The notes under the pieces are model-generated. The model worked only from the letters and a program-made list of their open reading frames with translations, was not told the origin of the DNA and did not search any database. 64,000 nt of DNA from Promethearchaeota archaeon (GTDB lineage Archaea; Asgardarchaeota; Lokiarchaeia; Sigyniarchaeales; SOKP01), in contig JAHLWP010000006.1 of the NCBI GenBank assembly GCA_019057865.1, forward strand, positions 89,955 to 153,954. Reading direction: 5' to 3'. This document shows positions 10,096 to 18,518 of the stretch, in pieces. Made by a program: the position numbers and the translations under genes. Within the stretch, counting starts at the first letter, position 1; each line of letters starts with the position of its first letter.

Positions 10096-11196
10096 TTAAT
10101 CATTCCCACTCAGAATTATAAATCTTTCATAATCTAAATTTAATAATTTTAATTCTTTCTTTGTTAGTTTTGAAATTTCATTATTTATTTTTATCAAATT
10201 CGTTCTAAGCTTTATCAGGGATTCTTGAATTTTCTTTAGAATATCATCCTCATTAAAAGAAACTTTTTTAATGAATTCAAGGTAACCGAGTTTTTTATCT
10301 TTTCCAGAATAATACTTTTTAATATCTGCTAGTTTATTATCTACTTCTTCTAATTGGTATCGGAAATTTATTAAAGATACTAACTTTGAATTCCATTCTT
10401 TAAATATAGAATTTTCTTTATCAATCTTATCAAAATCGAATTTTTCATTAAGATCCACATTTTCTTCTCTAAGAAATTCTAGAACGTCCTTATTTTCTTC
10501 TAGTGCTTTATTAATTTTTTTTACAACAGGTTTAGTATTTAAAATTGGTTCAAATATTTTAATCAATTCATTTAGTTTTTCTTGAATTTCTTTAAATCGC
10601 TGATAGAAACCTTCAATTGTTATTTCGATTTTAATGGCTTGATATATATTTCCATATTGATCTAAAATATGATAAAGATCGTCCGATAGTGTGTAATCAT
10701 GTTCTCCAATTTCAAAAATAAATGCGTGTATTGCACTAGTTTTCTCACATCTTACCCCTTTTAATCTAGTAATAGCTAAATTAAAATTTCTTCTTTGGAG
10801 AAATTTTAATTTCTTATTAATCATTAAATAGAGAGTATCATCTGGTACAGATATTGTATCTTTTTCTATTGTTATTGTCTCATCTCCTAATTTTATGATA
10901 AAGTCATCATCTTTAAGTTCAAACTCTCTTGTATTTCGTATATTTTTAAATAAACCCAAATCAACAGCAACTTCAATAAATTCCTCATTCCAAAAATTTA
11001 TGATATTTCTTTTATATATTTCATCTAATATTATAATTCTCTCATAAGATTCAATTATGTTTGGTTCATTTAAATCTTTAAATAAATCATATCTAATAGC
11101 ATAAAGGAATAGAATAATATATCTCATATCCTTATCTTCTAAAATTTTATCAATTAAATCCTTATCATAATCTAATGTTAATGTCTTATGCTCCAT
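10096..11196 (-). CDS. Hypothetical protein with N-terminal winged-helix-like region and C-terminal helical bundle/coiled coil
   Basis: 366-aa ORF, first gene of the minus-strand cluster; heptad pattern in the C-terminal half. Confidence 0.7.
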   Translation of the reverse strand: MEHKTLTLDYDKDLIDKILEDKDMRYIILFLYAIRYDLFKDLNEPNIIESYERIIILDEIYKRNIINFWNEEFIEVAVDLGLFKNIRNTREFELKDDDFIIKLGDETITIEKDTISVPDDTLYLMINKKLKFLQRRNFNLAITRLKGVRCEKTSAIHAFIFEIGEHDYTLSDDLYHILDQYGNIYQAIKIEITIEGFYQRFKEIQEKLNELIKIFEPILNTKPVVKKINKALEENKDVLEFLREENVDLNEKFDFDKIDKENSIFKEWNSKLVSLINFRYQLEEVDNKLADIKKYYSGKDKKLGYLEFIKKVSFNEDDILKKIQESLIKLRTNLIKINNEISKLTKKELKLLNLDYERFIILSGND

Positions 11197-11406
11197 ACCT
11201 AAAGTCCACTAATTATTATTAATACTATAAATTCATTATCGTGAAAAAGAGTAAGATTGATAATTAAACATTCCTAAAAAATTTTACTAAATTCCTCTTA
11301 ATTACTAATCCATAAAAGCAAAATTTTTTAGTTTTTATTTCTATTTGTTTAATAAGAATTTTAAAATTCATGAATTTAGTTTAAACAATTTTTAGAGTTT
11401 TTCAAC

Positions 11407-12016
11407 ATGGGAAGAAGAAAAAGGAAACAGCCAACATATAAAAGAGTTAAAAAAGTACCCAAAATTTTCACCTGCCCGGAATGACGAGATCGACTACTGA
11501 TTTCTCCCTGAATGTGGTGAAAAAAGTGTAAAAGTTACTGATATAAAAAAGAAGGGTGCTTTTGCTACAGTAAAATGTGGGAATTGTGGATTAACCCAGG
11601 AAGTATTAGTGAATGCAATTTCAGAACCAGTAGATGCTTTTGGAGATTTTATAGATATTCATTATGCAGATCAAGAACTCTTGAGATTAGAAAAAAGAGT
11701 TGCAAAATTGAAAGAAGAAGGTGAATGGGGTGAACTTGCATTTGCTTACTCTATATTGTCGGATCTTTGCAGAACGAAAGCAGCACTGTTATTAGAGGAA
11801 GATAATATCGATATGGACAAAGTTAATGACTGGAAAATGAAAGCTGAACAATATAAAAAGCTTAAAAAGGATGCTTTATTGAAACTTGATACAGAAGAAT
11901 TAGAACGAGGTGTTAGAACAGATGAAGAGTCCTTATTTGCTGAAAGTGAAACAAAAATAAAGAAGGAGCGAAAAATAGAAGATATCTTTGATGATCCAGG
12001 ATTTTTAGAATTTTAA
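11407..12016 (+). CDS. elf1: Transcription elongation factor Elf1 with C-terminal extension, split by a 31-nt insertion (exons 11407-11481 and 11513-12016; 192 aa when joined)
   Basis: Exon 1 reads MGRRKRKQPTYKRVKKVPKIFTCPE. Exon 2 reads CGEKSVKV...ATVKCGNCGL...SEPVDAFGDFID. Joined, they give the Elf1 pattern MGRRK...FTCPxC...CxxC...EPVDxY/FxxFID. Confidence 0.9.
11482..11512 (+). other. Putative bulge-helix-bulge (tRNA-type) intron in elf1 mRNA
   Basis: The 31-nt insert TGACGAGATCGACTACTGATTTCTCCCTGAA starts with an in-frame stop and shifts the frame. Two AAU bulges (11480-82, 11511-13) flank a 4-nt central helix CCGG/CCUG with one mismatch. There is an exon stem UUUUCACC/GGUGAAAA and an internal intron hairpin. 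Confidence 0.8.
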
Positions 12017-12472
12017 AAATTCATTGTTATGAGACTTAATTATCATAATTTAAAATTTTCATCTTAATTTTAGCTGGAATGTGTTTCCAAATTGGTAGTT
12101 TTAAGAGATAATTAAAAAACTGCTTTCGGTTTAATTTCTTTTTTAATACTAAATAACTCCAATTATGAAATGATAATCGATTAAACAGTTTCATGAGGTT
12201 TATATATATATAATTGTCTTTGTAGATCGTGTGCTACATTGACTTTTTTTTCAATCCTTGGTTTTTCTTCAGAAGGGAGCAATAGTTTCAACCATTTAAA
12301 TTCACATTAGTACTTATGTAAAATTTTTAAAATTTTTATTTTTACTTAAAATTCATGGTATAATCTTAAATTTTAATTTCTTAAGAACATAGTAAATTTA
12401 TAAAAAAAAGTAAGGAACATTGTTTATTTTCAACTAAAAAATAAACAGATATTAGTGGTTCTAACTAAAATT

Positions 12473-12895
12473 TCACTCACTTCGACTTTTCCGTCGTGCA
12501 AATAGCTCTTTTAATTCTCCCATAATTGCTCCTCTTAATGTAGAGGGACTGGCAGGACGTCCTCCTCCAGGTGGACCTCCAGGTGGACCCCCAGGTGGTC
12601 CTGCAGGGGGAGGTGGGGGGCCTCCGGGACTGGGAGAAGCGACTGTTGGCGTAACAGTAGGAGATATTGCTGCTCCTGCACCTTTGTTACCACCAAGACT
12701 GCTATTAATAGCATTTACTTGAGTTTGTAAACTTGAAACCTTTGAATTGATATTTTGGATACTTCGATCAACTAAATCTGGAATTTTAAGAATTATTTGC
12801 ATAATTTTTTCAATAATATCACCAAAAGCATTAAGTTTTTCTTCTAATGGTGCTTTTCGGGTTTCTGAGAGAAAATTTGCGAATTCTTCTGCCAT
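12473..12895 (-). CDS. Coiled-coil + polyproline + C-terminal amphipathic helix protein
   Basis: N-terminal heptads, then PGGPPPPPAGPPGGPPGGPPGG, then LRGAIMGELKELFARRK. Confidence 0.75.
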   Translation of the reverse strand: MAEEFANFLSETRKAPLEEKLNAFGDIIEKIMQIILKIPDLVDRSIQNINSKVSSLQTQVNAINSSLGGNKGAGAAISPTVTPTVASPSPGGPPPPPAGPPGGPPGGPPGGGRPASPSTLRGAIMGELKELFARRKSRSE

Positions 12896-12994
12896 ATAAT
12901 ACTTCCTATTTAATTTATTAAAGATCTAAATTCCTTTATCTAATAATTATATAGATTTTTGTTTAATAAATTTAAGTTTAAACGAAAAATATAT

Positions 12995-13615
12995 CTAACT
13001 TAATTCAGTAACAGTATCTTTTAACTTAATCCATAATGTATTAATCTCTTTTTTTACTTCTTTAAATTGATGGATTTTTTTAATTAGTATGTCACGAGAC
13101 CTATCAAAATCACGTTGAACGTCATTCAATTCTTGATCGAGGATATTCAATTTATCACCATCAACTAATTTATTTTTAACTTTTTCGACGTTTAATGCCT
13201 TTTTTATCACAATTGATCTTTTATTGGCCACATCAGATAAAGCATTAGCAAATTCCTTTTTCTTTTCTACTAAATAGTCTTTTTGTACAGCTAAATCTTT
13301 TATTGCGTTTAAATATCTTTTATTACCCTCGATGTATTTGTCATTTTGAGTAATAATTTCCTTATATAGATTTACTTCCTCATCTTTAATATTAGATCTA
13401 TGCTCTCTAGCTAAAGTTTGCATTTGCTTTAAAACGTCTCTAAAAGTTCGATTAAGCATTTCTCGAGTTATATTGGCTTTTGTAATGTTTTCAGCATATT
13501 TTGATTGAATACTAATTAAGGCACTCTGGGCATTAATTAATTTCTTTAGTTGCCCCACTAATTCTTTTTCCATTTTAGCTAACTCAAGTTCATCTTCATG
13601 AGTTATAATCGGCAT
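12995..13615 (-). CDS. All-helical coiled-coil protein (BAR-like size and pattern, unproven)
   Basis: 206 aa of near-continuous amphipathic helices with no Pro after residue 2. Confidence 0.7.
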   Translation of the reverse strand: MPIITHEDELELAKMEKELVGQLKKLINAQSALISIQSKYAENITKANITREMLNRTFRDVLKQMQTLAREHRSNIKDEEVNLYKEIITQNDKYIEGNKRYLNAIKDLAVQKDYLVEKKKEFANALSDVANKRSIVIKKALNVEKVKNKLVDGDKLNILDQELNDVQRDFDRSRDILIKKIHQFKEVKKEINTLWIKLKDTVTELS

Positions 13616-13708
13616 TTTATTAAATCTCTTTTATTTATGTGTTTTTTATTTTTTAATTAAACTATATGTTAATCAAAATAACATCTTTATTTATTTTTAT
13701 GTTCTAAT

Positions 13709-14743
13709 TTAAAATGGAAAAATAGCAGTTAAAATATTATTTTTAAAATTGGCTTTAATAATCCTTGCTTTAATTTTTTTACCTAATAGTTCTGGTGAAT
13801 ATATCATTGGTTTTTTTAATAACACTTTTATTCCCATATTTGTATCAATTTTCCCTATACATTCATGTTTCCATCGTCCATTAGATACAATCTTTAAGTC
13901 AACTATGTCATTTTTTTTTAGATTTAAAGGCATTGTTTTCTCTCTTTTATGAATACCAAAATCAATTGGACCAAGTTTTAATTTAATATCATATTTTTTT
14001 TCCAATTTGGTTAGTTGAGTATAAAAATAATCCCAAGATTTAGGACGTATTTTCTTTAATTTCCGACCAGTTCGGTATATCAAATATTTTTGAATCCCTA
14101 ATTGAATTTTTTTTTCTGAATATCCTTCTCTTCTTTTATTAACCACGAGTTTTATAATTTCTTCAATATCCTCATCATTTTCCCTTGGAAACCAAACTGG
14201 TGCAAGTAATACATTAATATTGGAATCAAGTAAAAGATCAATATTGGCTAGTAATCTATCCATATCATATTCTTTACATGCACATAAATAACTTGCCTTG
14301 CTTGGACTTAAAGTATTTAAGCTGATATTAATTTGAGTAAGATTTGCATTTTCTAGTTTCTTTATAGTCTTTTTGTTTAGCATTAAACCATTACTCTGCA
14401 TAGAAATTCGTTCTATTCCATCAATTTCCCATAATTTCTCTAATAGAATAAATAATTCAGAATATAGTAAAATTTCTCCATAGGGAGCAATATGAATTTC
14501 AATATCATAATTACCTTTTATTTGGATAGTATTTTCTAAAGTTGCAATTAAATAATCTGATGCTACAATAAAATTGGTTTTATAATCTCCTGCACTTACA
14601 AAACAATATCGGCATTTTAGATTGCATAATGTCAATGGTTTTAATTCAACAATATTTGTACCTCTATCGATTACTCCTATAAAATCGACTCCGTATAAGG
14701 GAATATCCGATTTTTCATTAACATAAATAACTTCAGAGGACAT
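13709..14743 (-). CDS. Radical SAM protein with C-terminal TRAM-like domain
   Basis: GVIDRGTN, CNLKCRYC (CxxxCxxC), GEILLY and MQSNG motifs. Confidence 0.88.
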   Translation of the reverse strand: MSSEVIYVNEKSDIPLYGVDFIGVIDRGTNIVELKPLTLCNLKCRYCFVSAGDYKTNFIVASDYLIATLENTIQIKGNYDIEIHIAPYGEILLYSELFILLEKLWEIDGIERISMQSNGLMLNKKTIKKLENANLTQINISLNTLSPSKASYLCACKEYDMDRLLANIDLLLDSNINVLLAPVWFPRENDEDIEEIIKLVVNKRREGYSEKKIQLGIQKYLIYRTGRKLKKIRPKSWDYFYTQLTKLEKKYDIKLKLGPIDFGIHKREKTMPLNLKKNDIVDLKIVSNGRWKHECIGKIDTNMGIKVLLKKPMIYSPELLGKKIKARIIKANFKNNILTAIFPF

Positions 14744-14750
14744 ATTTTTT

Positions 14751-15824
14751 TTAAAATTTGTATCTTAAAATACCTATAATTGAACCTAAATCGACTATTT
14801 GTCGCCCAGTGGGATGCTCACTACTTAAAATATTTATCATGCCACCAGAATTTTCTACATCTGTTATTATCTTCTCTATACCGAGTTTATGTTTCTTGCT
14901 AGCTCCCCTTATCATAGTATCAGCTAAAAATAATTCTTTGATAGCTCCTTTTTCTGCGGCTGGTGAAACTTCATTTATGCCTATGACAATAAGATCTGCA
15001 TCTGTACTAAATATTCTAAAAATTTCTTCAATTTTTTCTGATTCTAACAAGATTTTGGCATTCAATTTTAACTTTCCCAATTCTTTTGATTTTAATGCTT
15101 CTAATATTGCACTTTCAGTACCAGAGCTCGCATAGACACTTCTAATTTCAGAAATTTTTTGAGAATTTATTTTATCTCTTATATATTTTATAAAAAGATC
15201 TCGTGTGTTGCCAGGACCGCAAACAATAATTAAATTTATTTGAATATTTTTCAAATTTTCTTTCAAAACTTTTTTTATATCTTCAAAAAATTCTAAAATT
15301 GCTTTATTTCTGTAAGATTGTTCATATCTTTTACCTGGAATATTCTTTTTTATTGTAGCAATTCTTTTATGACTAAAATTCGTAATGATTGCCAAGGTCG
15401 CAAGCCCTCGCTCGATTGCAATGAAAAACATGACAAAGTTAGATTCAAATTTAGATGTTTCTTGTAAACGTGATATTTCAGTTTTTAACCATTTTTCTTT
15501 ATTTATTGTCAATTTCTGCCCAATTTCAATATTAAATGTATGATATGTCCCATAGCTCACAAAATCCTCAGGCCCCTCTAAAATTGTTCCTTTTATTCTT
15601 AGCCTATTTGTAAATTCATGGAAGGATACGTCCTCAACATTTAATTTTAAATACATAGGTTTTCTCTCGCCTTTAGATCCTTCTTTCAGAACTATTCTTC
15701 GCTGAGTTCGAGCAGCTACTTTATCATTTTTAGAGACAAGATTAAATAAAATCCAAAGATCATATAAACTTTCAATTTTCACTGTAATTTCTTGTTGCTT
15801 CTGATTGTACTCAAGGATTTTCAA
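14751..15824 (-). CDS. pelA: mRNA surveillance protein Pelota
   Basis: DLWILFNLV, RLRIKGTI, YHTFNI, IPGKR, GPG and SSEHPTGRQI...IIGILRY motifs. Confidence 0.93.
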   Translation of the reverse strand: MKILEYNQKQQEITVKIESLYDLWILFNLVSKNDKVAARTQRRIVLKEGSKGERKPMYLKLNVEDVSFHEFTNRLRIKGTILEGPEDFVSYGTYHTFNIEIGQKLTINKEKWLKTEISRLQETSKFESNFVMFFIAIERGLATLAIITNFSHKRIATIKKNIPGKRYEQSYRNKAILEFFEDIKKVLKENLKNIQINLIIVCGPGNTRDLFIKYIRDKINSQKISEIRSVYASSGTESAILEALKSKELGKLKLNAKILLESEKIEEIFRIFSTDADLIVIGINEVSPAAEKGAIKELFLADTMIRGASKKHKLGIEKIITDVENSGGMINILSSEHPTGRQIVDLGSIIGILRYKF

Positions 15825-15966
15825 TTATAATTACATACTCCTTAGAAAAAATCTTTAAATTATAGAATAATGGATAATAAAAAAATTAAATCATATAAAC
15901 TGAAGCTGATATAAGTTCAATCTTAAAAATAAATAAAAAAAATATAGAAAATATCAAAAAAAATCT

Positions 15967-16119
15967 TTATTTCTCTCCTAAAGCTTCTTTAACCTTTTCC
16001 AATTCTTCCATACGTTTCTTTTTCTCTTCTTCTCTCTTCTTTAATTCTTCAGGATCTGGCTTTTCAAGAGATACACCTTTCTTTATTGCCTCTTTAAGTT
16101 CATTATTAAGTTCGGGCAT
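15967..16119 (-). CDS. 50-aa microprotein with a WH2-like motif, not in the ORF track
   Basis: MPELNNELKEAIKKGVSLEKPDPEELKKREEEKKKRMEELEKVKEALGEK. SD AAGGTG upstream of the ATG; fills the gap between rimI and pelota. Confidence 0.75.
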   Translation of the reverse strand: MPELNNELKEAIKKGVSLEKPDPEELKKREEEKKKRMEELEKVKEALGEK

Positions 16120-16214
16120 TTTTATATTACACCTTTAAATCTTTAATTAGAGAATATAATTTTTTTATACGAATATTATAATAGAATTTATTTATAAGTT
16201 TTAGTTTATAGTAA

Positions 16215-16664
16215 TTAAGTGCTTAATTCCATTAAGTAAGCATCTTCACCCGATTGATAATAATTTTCTATTATTTTAGAGTTTTTTTGAAAATTGAATT
16301 TTTCATACAATTTTATTGCGATAGAATTATTTACTTGGACATTTAGAACAATTTTTTTAATTTCCTTTAATCTTTTAATCCTTTCTATTGTTTCTTGTAG
16401 AAGTAATGATCCATACCCTTTGCTTTGAAATTGGGGATGAATAAGAAAATTAATTAAATTGGCTTGATCTTCTCTATCTTTTATGACAACTATAAATCCT
16501 ATTAACTTTTTCATAATTTTACCATCCTCTAGCTTTAAAAAGAGTATATTTTGCTGAATTAGTTTTTCAACTAATTTTATTGAAAAAGCATTTTCTTTAA
16601 ATATGTGATGTTCGAGATTAGAAATACTTCTTAAATCTCTTATACTTACATCTTTAATTTTCAT
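16215..16664 (-). CDS. rimI: RimI-like GNAT N-acetyltransferase
   Basis: HPQFQSKGYGSLLL, LNVQVNNSIAIKLYEKFNF and NYYQSGEDAYLM motifs. Start placed at ATG 16664. Confidence 0.85.
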   Translation of the reverse strand: MKIKDVSIRDLRSISNLEHHIFKENAFSIKLVEKLIQQNILFLKLEDGKIMKKLIGFIVVIKDREDQANLINFLIHPQFQSKGYGSLLLQETIERIKRLKEIKKIVLNVQVNNSIAIKLYEKFNFQKNSKIIENYYQSGEDAYLMELST

Positions 16665-17805
16665 TAAAACCATATTCCTTTTTAAATTCATTAATAGGAT
16701 TTTTTTCTGTTATCTGCTGATATCTTGAAATTCTAAATGGTGTCATTTCTACTATATAGCCTTGTAAGTGGTACTTTTCTAATAGAGATATGAAATCATT
16801 ATTTATTGAAATATAAAATGGAATTTTCATATTTTCTCCGTTAAATGATATGAGATTTTGGTTGATTTTTAATTCAGACAATAAAATCTTATGAAACTCT
16901 TCCAAATTCTTTCCTTTCCCCTCTAATTGAGCAAAAACTAAAAGACCTTCTTCGGTTATAACTTCAAATGGTAATTTAATATTTTTTGCCCTTCTAAGGT
17001 ATCTATTTTTCAATTGATAATAATCTTTAGCCATTATAGAGCAGAAATGTATTTTTAAAGAAACAGATGGATATAATTTTTTAATCAGTTTAAAGGCAGT
17101 TTCTTGACTGTTAACTACAGATGCCATTGAGCCTTCCTTCAATTTAAAACCTCTATTTTTTAATGTTTCACTATTAGAAAAACAAAATTCAAATTCATTT
17201 AAATTTATAAAGTCTGCTCCAATATTATCTAAAAAAATTATAAATTCTTCAAGACTTTTTATATAATCTTTATCTGGAATAACTGGTACTTCAGCTCCTA
17301 CATATATTCCCTTATTTAAAGCATTTCTAATATTATCCCATTTTTCTTTAGGTGGATGGAATCTGATTTCATCCAATCCTGCCTTAGCAAGTTCATTAGC
17401 AATAGATTCATCAAAATTTATGCCATTTGTATAAAGATGGACATGGAACCTTTTTCCTTTTTTTAATTTAACATATCTAATGTATTGAAGAGTTTTTTCT
17501 AAATTCAATTCTAAAAGTGGCTCTCCACCAGTTATACTCATTCCTTTTGCACTTATTTTATTAATTTCTTCAACTAACTCCTCTTTCGAGTCTATCTGTA
17601 TCTCATCTGCGTATGTAATATCTTTTCCTCTCCTTTTATCTGAGATAGGACAATACCAAGAACAATGATTAGGCTTTTGGCAAATTCCATTTAAAAATAA
17701 AACTGCTTTAGCTCCTTTTAGACAATATTTACATCCTAAGGGAATCCCTCTTCCTTTGATATAAAATGATTCACTCTCCGCTTCTACTATTTTAGTTTTT
17801 TTCAT
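16654..17805 (-). CDS. Archaeal radical SAM protein
   Basis: GCKYCLKGAK, CQKPNHCSWYCP, ITGGEPLL, HLYTNG and DEIRFHP motifs. Confidence 0.88.
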   Translation of the reverse strand: MKKTKIVEAESESFYIKGRGIPLGCKYCLKGAKAVLFLNGICQKPNHCSWYCPISDKRRGKDITYADEIQIDSKEELVEEINKISAKGMSITGGEPLLELNLEKTLQYIRYVKLKKGKRFHVHLYTNGINFDESIANELAKAGLDEIRFHPPKEKWDNIRNALNKGIYVGAEVPVIPDKDYIKSLEEFIIFLDNIGADFINLNEFEFCFSNSETLKNRGFKLKEGSMASVVNSQETAFKLIKKLYPSVSLKIHFCSIMAKDYYQLKNRYLRRAKNIKLPFEVITEEGLLVFAQLEGKGKNLEEFHKILLSELKINQNLISFNGENMKIPFYISINNDFISLLEKYHLQGYIVEMTPFRISRYQQITEKNPINEFKKEYGFNEN

Positions 17806-18509
17806 CTTTTGAATAATTTTTTTCTTACAATAGATTTTCTATTAGCTAATTTTTTTAATACTTCTTCTGTAGATTCATTAATCTGGATTTCTTTTTTCAA
17901 GAATACTCCTGTTCTTCCATATTTTTCTCTTCTTAAAAGTACATTTTTACGTTCATTAATAGTATTAATACTTATATCTACTTCCTTTGCTGCAATCCCT
18001 TCATTTCCTATAATTGATATTTCTTCATGCCCTTGTAAATTGGGTTTGATTAATACTAATCTTTTATCTATTCCAGCAGCTCTAATATCTGATTTTAATT
18101 GATTTAAATTAATTTTACCTCCAAAATCATAAAATTCTATAAATTTTTTATCAATTTTAGATAAGGGAACAGTTATGGATTCTAATTCGCTTAAATGAAT
18201 ATACAATTTTATTGCATCTAGTGGAGTTGCCATAATAATTTCTCTAAAATAATTTTCAAATCCATTTTTATTTAAGATAAATTCAATCTGAAATACTGGT
18301 ATTTGTGCCAGAAATATTATATCAATATCACTAGCTTTATGGACATCACCACGGGCAATACTTCCATGCACATAAGGTTCAAAATCTCCTTTATTAAATA
18401 TTTCTAATAATTTTATTGCATTCTCTCTTTTTTCTTTTAAGAGAGACCAATGAGTTTTTGGATATGTTATGGTGCTATAATGATCTCTTAAAATTTTTTC
18501 TTTTTTCAT
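17802..18509 (-). CDS. Pol-beta-superfamily nucleotidyltransferase
   Basis: HGSIARGDVHKASDIDI, FYDFGG, GIDKRL and RREKYGRTG motifs. Confidence 0.85.
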   Translation of the reverse strand: MKKEKILRDHYSTITYPKTHWSLLKEKRENAIKLLEIFNKGDFEPYVHGSIARGDVHKASDIDIIFLAQIPVFQIEFILNKNGFENYFREIIMATPLDAIKLYIHLSELESITVPLSKIDKKFIEFYDFGGKINLNQLKSDIRAAGIDKRLVLIKPNLQGHEEISIIGNEGIAAKEVDISINTINERKNVLLRREKYGRTGVFLKKEIQINESTEEVLKKLANRKSIVRKKLFKR

Positions 18510-18518
18510 AAACTAATT

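Noticed and set aside
11482-11484. TGA in place of the second Cys of elf1 CPEC read as selenocysteine
   Set aside because: Readthrough continues RDRLLISP to another TGA, and the remaining Elf1 sequence is in a different frame. Removing 31 nt is required.
11475-11514. CCC(G/T)GAATG direct repeat as a transposon target-site duplication
   Set aside because: The repeat follows from the two-fold symmetry of the BHB, the exon flanks also pair, and no IS ends are present. Disfavoured rather than excluded.
11609-12016. 135-aa ORF as a complete stand-alone gene
   Set aside because: It begins in the middle of the Elf1 domain and is part of exon 2.
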